The notes below the pieces were generated by a model. It saw only the letters and a program-made list of their open reading frames with translations, did not search any database and had not been told where the DNA came from. Shown one piece after another: positions 37,708-51,050 of a DNA stretch of 64,000 nt. Source of the stretch: Eledone cirrhosa (Eukaryota); contig OZ024742.1 in assembly GCA_964016885.1 (NCBI GenBank), forward strand, positions 277,264,001 to 277,328,000, given 5' to 3'. The stretch's first letter is position 1. Each line of letters starts with the position of its first letter. Made by a program: the position numbers and the translations under genes.

Positions 37708-38719
37708 GTACATATACTTTTTATCTATGAAAGAACAAAATTTTAGATTTTTACACACATTCTCTCTTAGATGTTCAACATATCTTTCCATAACGATCGG
37801 TCAATTGTTAGCACTACACATGGCAACTACCATTTTCATCTGGCATTCTAGCATATTTAATTCTTTCCATTTTACCGTCGTCCCATCTCTGGCAACTAAA
37901 CAATCTCTCGTTTCGTTCATCTCAAAAATATTAATTCATGTTTGCACACACAAAGCTAAACTCAAAGCCTCAGCTCGAGCCAGCGCGGCTGGACCGAGGG
38001 GACGCCATGACAATCTTGCCATTCCGTGACGGTAGGCCACACGTCTCTCTTGCTACACGATGTGGCACCTTCTCTAGCGGCAGCATGCTGCGTCCAGCTG
38101 CCAGCTTAGTATCCGCTCTTTGCCACGCCGAAGATGGGAAACTGTCCGAGTATCGGCCGCTTTCTTATATGTTTGTGGTAGAGCGAGTAGCAGTGGAGAC
38201 TACCAGTGTTCTTGACGCCTAGACAACGGCCCCCGCTCATGGCCATCGGAGCTGAGTTGGGTGCGCGAAGTTGCAAGTCTCCCCCAGTTTGATTGGCTCT
38301 ACCAGCTCGTCTCCGTCACCGTCCTCCCAGGCAATATATTCTTCATCCTGTCGGTACGAAGAGGTGCAGGGTATGATAGTTTCCACCTCATATTTCTCTT
38401 CTGCTGCCTAGATATTTCTTCCTAGACATATGTTACCGAAAGTTTTCAGAGTAATCGAAAGCAACAGCTGATTTTTGATTGCATAAAAACGACAACGACG
38501 ATATCAACATAAGAGAAGAATACATTTGGAAAGGTTGGTTGGTGGTAAGTATTTCCGTTGGACATGCAAAATTATTGCCGACGTATAGTGTTGAAATATT
38601 GCACAAGTTTACTGATTAATGAAACAATGTTTCGACTATTACATCATCACTATTTAAATTGTGATAAGGACGCTTACAAATTGTTAGAAGAAGCAAAGAA
38701 TGTAGTAAAACAATTAGAG

Positions 38720-38791
38720 TTCCCATGCCGGGAATCGAACCCGGGCCGCCTGGGTGAAAGCCAGGAATCCTAACCACTAGACCACATGGGA
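38720..38791 (-). tRNA. tRNA-Glu(TTC)
   Basis: Consensus copy. Confidence 0.96.
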
Positions 38792-38972
38792 AGCCATTGC
38801 TGAAATGAGGAAATAGTACACTTTTAAATGTGACAATATATTAATAAACTGTAGAAACTTCTATATATTTAGAGAAGCAGGCATAACATGACAGGCACGG
38901 TTTTCATTCATAGATAAATATCACTAGCGATTTCTTCAATACGTTGCTTTACTAAAGGTCACCACCTATACA

Positions 38973-39044
38973 TCCTCGGTAGTATAGTGGTAAGTATCCC
39001 CGCCTGTCACGCGGGAGACCGGGGTTCGATTCCCCGCCGGGGAG
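38973..39044 (+). tRNA. tRNA-Asp(GTC)
   Basis: Consensus copy. Confidence 0.96.
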
Positions 39045-40055
39045 TACATACACTTTTTATCTATGAAAGAACAAAATTTTAGATTTTTACACACATTCTC
39101 TCTTAGATGTTCAACATATCTTTCCATAACGATCGGTCAATTGTTAGCACTACACATGGCAACTACCATTTTCATCTGGCATTCTAGCATATTTAATTCT
39201 TTCCATTTTACCGTCGTCCCATCTCTGGCAACTAAACAATCTCTCGTTTCGTTCATCTCAAAAATATTAATTCATGTTTGCACACACAAAGCTAAACTCA
39301 AAGCCTCAGCTCGAGCCAGCGCGGCTGGACCGAGGGGACGCCATGACAATCTTGCCATTCCGTGACGGTAGGCCACACGTCTCTCTTGCTACACGATGTG
39401 GCACCTTCTCTAGCGGCAGCATGCTGCGTCCAGCTGCCAGCTTAGTATCCGCTGTTTGCCACGCCGAAGATGGGAAACTGTCCGAGTATTGGCCGCTTTC
39501 TTATATGTTTGTGGTAGAGCGAGTAGCAGTGGAGACTACCAGTGTTCTTGACCCCTAGACAACGGCCCCCGCTCATGGCCATCGGAGCTGAGTTGGGTGA
39601 GCGAAGTTGCAAGTCTCCCCCAGTTTGATTGGCTCTACCAGCTCGTCTCCGTCACCGTCCTCCCAGGCAATATATTCTTCATCCTGTCGGTACGAAGAGG
39701 TGCAGGGTATGATAGTTTCCACCTCATATTTCTCTTCTGCTGCCTAGATATTTCTTCCTAGACATATGTTACCGAAAGTTTTCAGAGTAATCGAAAGCAA
39801 CAGCTGATTTTTGATTTCATAAAAACGACAACGACGATATCAACATATGAGAAGAATACATTTGGAAAGGTTGATTGGTGGTAAGTATTTCCGTTGGACA
39901 TGCAAAATTATTGCCGACGTATAGTGTTGAAATATTGCACAAGTTTTCTGATTAATGAAACAATGTTTCGATTATGACATCATCACTATTTAAATAGTGA
40001 TAAGGACGCTTACAAATTGTTCAAAGAAGCAAAGAATGGAGTAAAGCAATTAGAG

Positions 40056-40127
40056 TTCCCATGCCGGGAATCGAACAAGGGCCACCTGGGTGAAAGCCAG
40101 GAATCCTAACCACTAGACCACATGGGA
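40056..40127 (-). pseudogene. tRNA-Glu(TTC), G51T/G52T T-stem-damaged
   Basis: As 37383. Confidence 0.78.
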
Positions 40128-40308
40128 ATCCATTGCTGAAATGAGGAAATAGTACACTTTTAAATGTGACAATATATTAATAAACTGTAGACACTTCTAT
40201 ATATTTATAGAAGCAGGCATAACATGACAGGCACGGTTTTCATTCATAGATAAATATCACTAGCGATTTCTTCAATACGTTGCTCTACTAAAGGTCACCA
40301 CCTATACA

Positions 40309-40379
40309 TCCTCTGTAGTATAGTGGTAAGTATCCCCGCCTGTCACGCGGGAGACGGGGTTCGATTCCCCGTCGGGGAG
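40309..40379 (+). pseudogene. tRNA-Asp(GTC), multiply damaged
   Basis: G6T acceptor mismatch, loss of one C at 48/49, C66T. Confidence 0.75.
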
Positions 40380-41391
40380 GTACATATACTTTTTATCTAT
40401 GAAAGAACAAAATTTTAGATTTTTACACACATTCTCTCTTAGATGTTCAACATATCTTTCCATAACGATCGGTCAATTGTTAGCACTACACATGGCAACT
40501 ACCATTTTCATCTGGCATTCTAGCATATTTAATTCTTTCCATTTTACCGTCGTCCCATCTCTGGCAACTAAACAATCTCTCGTTTCGTTCATCTCAAAAA
40601 TATTAATTCATGTTTGCACACACAAAGCTAAACTCAAAGCCTCAGCTCGAGCCAGCGCGGCTGGACCGAGGGGACGCCATGACAATCTTCCCATTCCGTG
40701 ACGGTAGGCCACACGTCTCTCTTGCTACACGATGTGGCACCTTCTCTAGCGGCAGCATGCTGCGTCCAGCTGCCAGCTTAGTATCCGCTCTTTGCCACGC
40801 CGAAGATGGGAAACTGTCCGAGTATCGGCCGCTTTCTTATATGTTTGTGGTAGAGCGAGTAGCAGTGGAGACTACCAGTGTTCTTGACGCCTAGACAACG
40901 GCCCCCGCTCATGGCCATCGGAGCTGAGCTGGGTGCGCGAAGTTGCAAGTCTCCCCCAGTTTGATTGGCTCTACCAGCTCGTCTCCGTCACCGTCCTCCC
41001 AGGCAATATATTCTTCATCCTGTCGGTACGAAGAGGTGCAGGGTATGATAGTTTCCACCTCATATTTCTCTTCTGCTGCCTAGATATTTCTTCCTAGACA
41101 TATGTTACCGAAAGTTTTCAGAGTAATCGAAAGCAACAGCTGATTTTTGATTTCATAAAAACGACAACGACGATATCAACATAAGAGAAGAATACATTTG
41201 GAAAGGTTGGTTGGTGGTAAGTATTTCCGTTGGACATGCAAAATTATTGCCGACGTATAGTGTTGAAATATTGCACAAGTTTACTGATTAATGAAACAAT
41301 GTTTCGACTATTACATCATCACTATTTAAATTGTGATAAGGACGCTTACAAATTGTTAGAAGAAGCAAAGAATGTAGTAAAACAATTAGAG

Positions 41392-41463
41392 TTCCCATGC
41401 CGGGAATCGAACCCGGGCCGCCTGGGTGAAAGCCAGGAATCCTAACCACTAGACCACATGGGA
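41392..41463 (-). tRNA. tRNA-Glu(TTC)
   Basis: Consensus copy. Confidence 0.96.
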
Positions 41464-41644
41464 AGCCATTGCTGAAATGAGGAAATAGTACACTTTTAAA
41501 TGTGACAATATATTAATAAACTGTAGAAACTTCTATATATTTAGAGAAGCAGGCATAACATGACAGGCACGGTTTTCATTCATAGATAAATATCACTAGC
41601 GATTTCTTCAATACGTTGCTTTACTAAAGGTCACCACCTATACA

Positions 41645-41707
41645 TCCTCGGTAGTATAGTGGTAAGTATCCACGCGGGAGACCGGGGTTCGATTCCCCGC
41701 CGGGGAG
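41645..41707 (+). pseudogene. Anticodon-less tRNA-Asp derivative (9 nt deletion)
   Basis: GTATC[CCCGCCTGT deleted]CACGCGGG; A box, B box, acceptor stem and T5 intact. Confidence 0.9.
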
Positions 41708-42718
41708 TACATACACTTTTTATCTATGAAAGAACAAAATTTTAGATTTTTACACACATTCTCTCTTAGATGTTCAACATATCTTTCCATAACGATCGGT
41801 CAATTGTTAGCACTACACATGGCAACTACCATTTTCATCTGGCATTCTAGCATATTTAATTCTTTCCATTTTACCGTCGTCCCATCTCTGGCAACTAAAC
41901 AATCTCTCGTTTCGTTCATCTCAAAAATATTAATTCATGTTTGCACACACAAAGCTAAACTCAAAGCCTCAGCTCGAGCCAGCGCGGCTGGACCGAGGGG
42001 ACGCCATGACAATCTTGCCATTCCGTGACGGTAGGCCACACGTCTCTCTTGCTACACGATGTGGCACCTTCTCTAGCGGCAGCATGCTGCGTCCAGCTGC
42101 CAGCTTAGTATCCGCTGTTTGCCACGCCGAAGATGGGAAACTGTCCGAGTATTGGCCGCTTTCTTATATGTTTGTGGTAGAGCGAGTAGCAGTGGAGACT
42201 ACCAGTGTTCTTGACCCCTAGACAACGGCCCCCGCTCATGGCCATCGGAGCTGAGTTGGGTGAGCGAAGTTGCAAGTCTCCCCCAGTTTGATTGGCTCTA
42301 CCAGCTCGTCTCCGTCACCGTCCTCCCAGGCAATATATTCTTCATCCTGTCGGTACGAAGAGGTGCAGGGTATGATAGTTTCCACCTCATATTTCTCTTC
42401 TGCTGCCTAGATATTTCTTCCTAGACATATGTTACCGAAAGTTTTCAGAGTAATCGAAAGCAACAGCTGATTTTTGATTTCATAAAAACGACAACGACGA
42501 TATCAACATATGAGAAGAATACATTTGGAAAGGTTGATTGGTGGTAAGTATTTCCGTTGGACATGCAAAATTATTGCCGACGTATAGTGTTGAAATATTG
42601 CACAAGTTTTCTGATTAATGAAACAATGTTTCGATTATGACATCATCACTATTTAAATAGTGATAAGGACGCTTACAAATTGTTCAAAGAAGCAAAGAAT
42701 GGAGTAAAGCAATTAGAG

Positions 42719-42790
42719 TTCCCATGCCGGGAATCGAACAAGGGCCACCTGGGTGAAAGCCAGGAATCCTAACCACTAGACCACATGGGA
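42719..42790 (-). pseudogene. tRNA-Glu(TTC), G51T/G52T T-stem-damaged
   Basis: As 37383. Confidence 0.78.
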
Positions 42791-42971
42791 ATCCATTGCT
42801 GAAATGAGGAAATAGTACACTTTTAAATGTGACAATATATTAATAAACTGTAGACACTTCTATATATTTATAGAAGCAGGCATAACATGACAGGCACGGT
42901 TTTCATTCATAGATAAATATCACTAGCGATTTCTTCAATACGTTGCTCTACTAAAGGTCACCACCTATACA

Positions 42972-43043
42972 TCCTCGGTAGTATAGTGGTAAGTATCCCC
43001 GCCTGTCACGCGGGAGACCGGGGTTCGATTCCCCGTCGGGGAG
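42972..43043 (+). tRNA. tRNA-Asp(GTC), C66T variant
   Basis: G7-T66 wobble. Confidence 0.92.
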
Positions 43044-44056
43044 GTACATATACTTTTTATCTATGAAAGAACAAAATTTTAGATTTTTACACACATTCTC
43101 TCTTAGATGTTCAACATATCTTTCCATAACGATCGGTCAATTGTTAGCACTACACATGGCAACTACCATTTTCATCTGGCATTCTAGCATATTTAATTCT
43201 TTCCATTTTACCGTCGTCCCATCTCTGGCAACTAAACAATCTCTCGTTTCGTTCATCTCAAAAATATTAATTCATGTTTGCACACACAAAGCTAAACTCA
43301 AAGCCTCAGCTCGAGCCAGCGCGGCTGGACCGAGGGGACGCCATGACAATCTTCCCATTCCGTGACGGTAGGCCACACGTCTCTCTTGCTACACGATGTG
43401 GCACCTTCTCTAGCGGCAGCATGCTGCGTCCAGCTGCCAGCTTAGTATCCGCTCTTTGCCACGCCGAAGATGGGAAACTGTCCGAGTATCGGCCGCTTTC
43501 TTATATGTTTGTGGTAGAGCGAGTAGCAGTGGAGACTACCAGTGTTCTTGACGCCTAGACAACGGCCCCCGCTCATGGCCATCGGAGCTGAGCTGGGTGC
43601 GCGAAGTTGCAAGTCTCCCCCAGTTTGATTGGCTCTACCAGCTCGTCTCCGTCACCGTCCTCCCAGGCAATATATTCTTCATCCTGTCGGTACGAAGAGG
43701 TGCAGGGTATGATAGTTTCCACCTCATATTTCTCTTCTGCTGCCTAGATATTTCTTCCTAGACATATGTTACCGAAAGTTTTCAGAGTAATCGAATGCAA
43801 CAGCTGATTTTTGATTTCATAAAAACGACAACGACGATATCAACATAAGAGAAGAATACATTTGGAAAGGTTAGTTGGTGGCAAGTATTTCCGTTGGACA
43901 GGCAAAATTATTGCCGACGTATAGTGTTGAAATATTGCACAAGTTTACTGATTAATGAAACAATGTTTCGACTAATATTATCATCACTATTTAAATTGTG
44001 ATAAGGACGCTTACAAATTGTTAGAAGAAGCAAAGAATGGAGTAAAACAATTAGAG

Positions 44057-44128
44057 TTCCCATGCCGGGAATCGAACCCGGGCCGCCTGGGTGAAAGCCA
44101 GGAATCCTAACCACTAGACCACATGGGA
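44057..44128 (-). tRNA. tRNA-Glu(TTC)
   Basis: Consensus copy. Confidence 0.96.
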
Positions 44129-44309
44129 AGCCATTGCTGAAATGAGGAAATAGTACACTTTTAAATGTGACAATATATTAATAAACTGTAGAAACTTCTA
44201 TATATTTATAGAAGCAGGCATAACATGACAGGCACGGTTTTCATTCATAGATAAATATCACTAGCGATTTCTTCAATACGTTGCTTTACTAAAGGTCACC
44301 ATCTATACA

Positions 44310-44381
44310 TCCTCGGTAGTATGGTGGTAACTATCCCCGCCTGTCACGCGGGAGACCGGGGTTCGATTCCCCGCCGGGGAG
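44310..44381 (+). pseudogene. tRNA-Asp(GTC), A14G+G22C variant
   Basis: Paralog of 28295. Confidence 0.6.
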
Positions 44382-45394
44382 GTACATACACTTTTTATCT
44401 TTGAAAGAACAAAATTTTAGATTTTTACACACATTCTCTCTTAGATGTTCAACATATCTTTCCATAACGATCGGTCAATTGTTAGCACTACACATGGCAA
44501 CTACCATTTTCATCTGGCATTCTAGCATATTTAATTCTTTCCATTTTACCGTCGTCCCATCTCTGGCAACTAAACAATCTCTCGTTTCGTTCATCTCAAA
44601 AATATTAATTCATGTTTGCACACACAAAGCTAAACTCAAAGCCTCAGCTCGAGCCAGCGCGGCTGGACCGAGGGGACCGCATGACAATCTCCCCATTCCG
44701 TGACGGTAGGCCACACGTCTCTCTTGCTACACGATGTGGCACCTTCTCTAGCGGCAGCATGCTGCGTCCGGCTGCCAGCTTAGTATCCGCTGTTTGCCAT
44801 GCCGAAGATGGCAAACTGTCCGAGTATCGGCCGCTTTCTTATATGTTTGTGGTAGAGCGAGTAGCAGTGGAGACTACCAGTGTTCTTGACGCCTAGACAA
44901 CGGCCCCCGCTCATGGCCATCGGAGCTGAGTTGGGTGCGCGAAGTTGCAAGTCTCCCCCAGTTTGATTGGCTCTACCAGCTCGTCTCCGTCACCGTCCTC
45001 CCAGGCAATATATTCTTCATCCTGTCGGTACGAAGAGGTGCAGGGTATGATAGTTTCCACCTCATATTTCTCTTCTGCTGCCTAGATATTTCTTCCTAGA
45101 CATATGTTACCGAAAGTTTTCAGAGTAATCGAATGCAACAGCTGATTTTTGATTTCATAAAAACGACAACGACGATATCAACATAAGAGAAGAATACATT
45201 TGGAAAGGTTAGTTGGTGGCAAGTATTTCCGTTGGACAGGCAAAATTATTGCCGACGTATAGTGTTGAAATATTGCACAAGTTTACTGATTAATGAAACA
45301 ATGTTTCGACTAATATTATCATCACTATTTAAATTGTGATAAGGACGCTTACAAATTGTTAGAAGAAGCAAAGAATGGAGTAAAACAATTAGAG

Positions 45395-45466
45395 TTCCCA
45401 TGCCGGGAATCGAACCCGGGCCGCCTGGGTGAAAGCCAGGAATCCTAACCACTAGACCACATGGGA
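45395..45466 (-). tRNA. tRNA-Glu(TTC)
   Basis: Consensus copy. Confidence 0.96.
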
Positions 45467-45647
45467 AGCCATTGCTGAAATGAGGAAATAGTACACTTTT
45501 AAATGTGACAATATATTAATAAACTGTAGAAACTTCTATATATTTATAGAAGCAGGCATAACATGACAGGCACGGTTTTCATTCATAGATAAATATCACT
45601 AGCGATTTCTTCAATACGTTGCTTTACTAAAGGTCACCATCTATACA

Positions 45648-45719
45648 TCCTCGGTAGTATAGTGGTAACTATCCCCGCCTGTCACGCGGGAGACCGGGGT
45701 TCGATTCCCCGCCGGGGAG
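45648..45719 (+). tRNA. tRNA-Asp(GTC), G22C variant
   Basis: Paralog of 29633. Confidence 0.82.
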
Positions 45720-46731
45720 GTACATACACTTTTTATCTTTGAAAGAACAAAATTTTAGATTTTTACACACATTCTCTCTTAGATGTTCAACATATCTTTC
45801 CATAACGATCGGTCAATTGTTAGCACTACACATGGCAACTACCATTTTCATCTGGCATTCTAGCATATTTAATTCTTTCCATTTTACCGTCGTCCCATCT
45901 CTGGCAACTAAACAATCTCTCGTTTCGTTCATCTCAAAAATATTAATTCATGTTTGCACACACAAAGCTAAACTCAAAGCCTCAGCTCGAGCCAGCGCGG
46001 CTGGACCGAGGGGACCGCATGACAATCTCCCCATTCCGTGACGGTAGGCCACACGTCTCTCTTGCTACACGATGTGGCACCTTCTCTAGCGGCAGCATGC
46101 TGCGTCCGGCTGCCAGCTTAGTATCCGCTGTTTGCCATGCCGAAGATGGCAAACTGTCCGAGTATCGGCCGCTTTCTTATATGTTTGTGGTAGAGCGAGT
46201 AGCAGTGGAGACTACCAGTGTTCTTGACGCCTAGACAACGGCCCCCGCTCATGGCCATCGGAGCTGAGTTGGGTGCGCGAAGTTGCAAGTCTCCCCCAGT
46301 TTGATTGGCTCTACCAGCTCGTCTCCGTCACCGTCCTCCCAGGCAATATATTCTTCATCCTGTCGGTACGAAGAGGTGCAGGGTATGATAGTTTCCACCT
46401 CATATTTCTCTTCTGCTGCCTAGATATTTCTTCCTAGACCTATGTTACCGAAAGTTTTCAGAGTAATCGAATGCAACAGCTGATTTTTGATTTCATAAAA
46501 ACGACAACGACGATATCAACATAAGAGAAGAATACATTTGGAAAGGTTGATTGGTGGTAAGTATTTCCGTTGGACATGCAAAATTATTGCCGACGTATAT
46601 TGTTGAAATATTGCACAAGTTTACTGATTAATGAAACAATGTTTCGACTATTACATCATCACTATTTAAATTGTGATAAGGACGCTTACAAATTGTTAGG
46701 AGAAGCAAAGAATGGAGTAAAACAATTAGAG

Positions 46732-46803
46732 TTCCCATGCCGGGAATCGAACCCGGGCCGCCTGGGTGAAAGCCAGGAATCCTAACCACTAGACCACATG
46801 GGA
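46732..46803 (-). tRNA. tRNA-Glu(TTC)
   Basis: Consensus copy. Confidence 0.96.
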
Positions 46804-46984
46804 AGCCATTGCTGAAATGAGGAAATAGTACACTTTTAAATGTGACAATATATTAATAAACTGTAGAAACTTCTATATATTTAGAGAAGCAGGCATAACA
46901 TGACAGGCACGGTTTTCATTCATAGATAAATATCACTAGCGATTTCTTCAATACGTTGCTCTACTAAAGGTCACCACCTGTACA

Positions 46985-47056
46985 TCCTCGGTAGTATAGT
47001 GGTAAGTATCCCCGCCTGTCACGCGGGAGACCGGGGTTCGATTCCCCGCCGGGGAG
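46985..47056 (+). tRNA. tRNA-Asp(GTC)
   Basis: Consensus copy. Confidence 0.96.
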
Positions 47057-48049
47057 GTAAATATACTTTTTATCTATGAAAGAACAAAATTCTCTCTTAG
47101 ACGTTCAACATATCTTTCCATAACGATCGGTCAATTGTTAGCACTACACATGGCAACTACCATTTTCATCTGGCATTCTAGCATATTTAATTCTTTCCAT
47201 TTTACCGTCGTCCCATCTCTGGCAACTAAACAATCTCTCGTTTCGTTCATCTCAAAAATATTAATTCATGTTTGCACACACAAAGCTAAACTCAAAGCCT
47301 CAGCTCGAGCCAGCGCGGCTGGACCGAGGGGACGCCATGACAATCTTCCCATTCCGTGACGGTAGGCCACACGTCTCTCTTGCTACACGATGTGGCACCT
47401 TCTCTAGCGGCAGCATGCTGCGTCCAGCTGCCAGCTTAGTATCCGCTCTTTGCCACGCCGAAGATGGGAAACTGTCCGAGTATCGGCCGCTTTCTTATAT
47501 GTTTGTGGTAGAGCGAGTAGCAGTGGAGACTACCAGTGTTCTTGACGCCTAGACAACGGCCCCCGCTCATGGCCATCGGAGCTGAGTTGGGTGAGCGAAG
47601 TTGCAAGTCTCCCCCAGTTTGATTGGCTCTACCAGCTCGTCTCCGTCACCGTCCTCCCAGGCAATATATTCTTCATCCTGTCGGTACGAAGAGGTGCAGG
47701 GTATGATAGTTTCCACCTCATATTTCTCTTCTGCTGCCTAGATATTTCTTCCTAGACATATGTTACCGAAAGTTTTCAGAGTAATCGAAAGCAACAGCTG
47801 ATTTTTGATTTCATAAAAACGACAACGACGATATCAACATATGAGAAGAATACATTTGGAAAGGTTGATTGGTGGTAAGTATTTCCGTTGGACATGCAAA
47901 ATTATTGCCGACGTATAGTGTTGAAATATTGCACAAGTTTTCTGATTAATGAAACAATGTTTCGATTATGACATCATCACTATTTAAATAGTGATAAGGA
48001 CGCTTACAAATTGTTCAAAGAAGCAAAGAATGGAGTAAAGCAATTAGAG

Positions 48050-48121
48050 TTCCCATGCCGGGAATCGAACAAGGGCCACCTGGGTGAAAGCCAGGAATCC
48101 TAACCACTAGACCACATGGGA
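48050..48121 (-). pseudogene. tRNA-Glu(TTC), G51T/G52T T-stem-damaged
   Basis: Paralog of 32035 but retains TTC. Confidence 0.78.
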
Positions 48122-48302
48122 ATCCATTGCTGAAATGAGGAAATAGTACACTTTTAAATGTGACAATATATTAATAAACTGTAGACACTTCTATATATTT
48201 ATAGAAGCAGGCATAACATGACAGGCACGGTTTTCATTCATAGATAAATATCACTAGCGATTTCTTCAATACGTTGCTCTACTAAAGGTCACCACCTATA
48301 CA

Positions 48303-48374
48303 TCCTCGGTAGTATAGTGGTAAGTATCCCCGCCTGTCACGCGGGAGACCGGGGTTCGATTCCCCGCCGGGGAG
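48303..48374 (+). tRNA. tRNA-Asp(GTC)
   Basis: Consensus copy. Confidence 0.96.
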
Positions 48375-49386
48375 GTACATATACTTTTTATCTATGAAAG
48401 AACAAAATTTTAGATTTTTACACACATTCTCTCTTAGATGTTCAACATATCTTTCCATAACGATCGGTCAATTGTTAGCACTACACATGGCAACTACCAT
48501 TTTCATCTGGCATTCTAGCATATTTAATTCTTTCCATTTTACCGTCGTCCCATCTCTGGCAACTAAACAATCTCTCGTTTCGTTCATCTCAAAAATATTA
48601 ATTCATGTTTGCACACACAAAGCTAAACTCAAAGCCTCAGCTCGAGCCAGCGCGGCTGGACCGAGGGGACCGCATGACAATCTCCCCATTCCGTGACGGT
48701 AGGCCACACGTCTCTCTTGCTACACGATGTGGCACCTTCTCTAGCGGCAGCATGCTGCGTCCGGCTGCCAGCTTAGTATCCGCTGTTTGCCATGCCGAAG
48801 ATGGCAAACTGTCCGAGTATCGGCCGCTTTCTTATATGTTTGTGGTAGAGCGAGTAGCAGTGGAGACTACCAGTGTTCTTGACGCCTAGACAACGGCCCC
48901 CGCTCATGGCCATCGGAGCTGAGTTGGGTGCGCGAAGTTGCAAGTCTCCCCCAGTTTGATTGGCTCTACCAGCTCGTCTCCGTCACCGTCCTCCCAGGCA
49001 ATATATTCTTCATCCTGTCGGTACGAAGAGGTGCAGGGTATGATAGTTTCCACCTCATATTTCTCTTCTGCTGCCTAGATATTTCTTCCTAGACATATGT
49101 TACCGAAAGTTTTCAGAGTAATCGAAAGCAACAGCTGATTTTTGATTTCATAAAAACGACAACGACGATATCAACATAAGAGAAGAATACATTTGGAAAG
49201 GTTGATTGGTGGTAAGTATTTCCGTTGGACATGCAAAATTATTGCCGACGTATATTGTTGAAATATTGCACAAGTTTACTGATTAATGAAACAATGTTTC
49301 GACTATTACATCATCACTATTTAAATTGTGATAAGGACGCTTACAAATTGTTAGAAGAGGCAAAGAATGGAGTAAAACAATTAGAG

Positions 49387-49458
49387 TTCCCATGCCGGGA
49401 ATCGAACCCGGGCCGCCTGGGTGAAAGCCAGGAATCCTAACCACTAGACCACATGGGA
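49387..49458 (-). tRNA. tRNA-Glu(TTC)
   Basis: Consensus copy. Confidence 0.96.
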
Positions 49459-49639
49459 AGCCATTGCTGAAATGAGGAAATAGTACACTTTTAAATGTGA
49501 CAATATATTAATAAACTGTAGAAACTTCTATATATTTAGAGAAGCAGGCATAACATGACAGGCACGGTTTTCATTCATAGATAAATATCACTAGCGATTT
49601 CTTCAATACGTTGCTTTACTAAAGGTCACCACCTATACA

Positions 49640-49711
49640 TCCTCGGTAGTATAGTGGTAAGTATCCCCGCCTGTCACGCGGGAGACCGGGGTTCGATTCC
49701 CCGCCGGGGAG
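49640..49711 (+). tRNA. tRNA-Asp(GTC)
   Basis: Consensus copy. Confidence 0.96.
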
Positions 49712-50725
49712 GTACATATACTTTTTATCTATGAAAGAACAAAATTTTAGATTTTTACACACACACTCTCTCTTAGATGTTCAACATATCTTTCCATAAC
49801 GATCGGTCAATTGTTAGCACTACACATGGCAACTACCATTTTCATCTGGCATTCTAGCATATTTAATTCTTTCCATTTTACCGTCGTCCCATCTCTGGCA
49901 ACTAAACAATCTCTCGTTTCGTTCATCTCAAAAATATTAATTCATGTTTGCACACACAAAGCTAAACTCAAAGCCTCAGCTCGAGCCAGCGCGGCTGGAC
50001 CGAGGGGACGCCATGACAATCTTCCCATTCCGTGACGGTAGGCCACACGTCTCTCTTGCTACACGATGTGGCACCTTCTCTAGCGGCAGCATGCTGCGTC
50101 CAGCTGCCAGCTTAGTATCCGCTCTTTGCCACGCCGAAGATGGGAAACTGTCCGAGTATCGGCCGCTTTCTTATATGTTTGTGGTAGAGCGAGTAGCAGT
50201 GGAGACTACCAGTGTTCTTGACGCCTAGACAACGGCCCCCGCTCATGGCCATCGGAGCTGAGTTGGGTGCGCGAAGTTGCAAGTCTCCCCCAGTTTGATT
50301 GGCTCTACCAGCTCGTCTCCGTCACCGTCCTCCCAGGCAATATATTCTTCATCCTGTCGGTACGAAGAGGTGCAGGGTATGATAGTTTCCACCTCATATT
50401 TCTCTTCTGCTGCCTAGATATTTCTTCCTAGACATATGTTACCGAAAGTTTTCAGAGTAATCGAAAGCAACAGCTGATTTTTGATTTCATAAAAACGACA
50501 ACGACGATATCAACATAAGAGAAGAATACATTTGGAAAGGTTGGTTGGTGGTAAGTATTTCCGTTGGACATGCAAAATTATTGCCGACGTATAGTGTTGA
50601 AATATTGCACAAGTTTACTGATTAATGAAACAATGTTTCGACTATTACATCATCACTATTTAAATTGTGATAAGGACGCTTACAAATCGTTAGAAGAAGC
50701 AAAGAATGTAGTAAAACAATTAGAG

Positions 50726-50797
50726 TTCCCATGCCGGGAATCGAACCCGGGCCGCCTGGGTGAAAGCCAGGAATCCTAACCACTAGACCACATGGGA
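50726..50797 (-). tRNA. tRNA-Glu(TTC)
   Basis: Consensus copy. Confidence 0.96.
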
Positions 50798-50978
50798 AGC
50801 CATTGCTGATATGAGGAAATAGTACACTTTTAAATGTGACAATATATTAATAAACTGTAGAAACTTCTATATATTTAGAGAAGCAGGCATAACATGACAG
50901 GCACGGTTTTCATTCATAGATAAATATCACTAGCGATTTCTTCAATACGTTGCTTTACTAAAGGTCACCACCTATACA

Positions 50979-51050
50979 TCCTCGGTAGTATAGTGGTAAG
51001 TATCCCCGCCTGTCACGCGGGAGACCGGGGTTCGATTCCCCGCCGGGGAG
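50979..51050 (+). tRNA. tRNA-Asp(GTC)
   Basis: Consensus copy. Confidence 0.96.
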
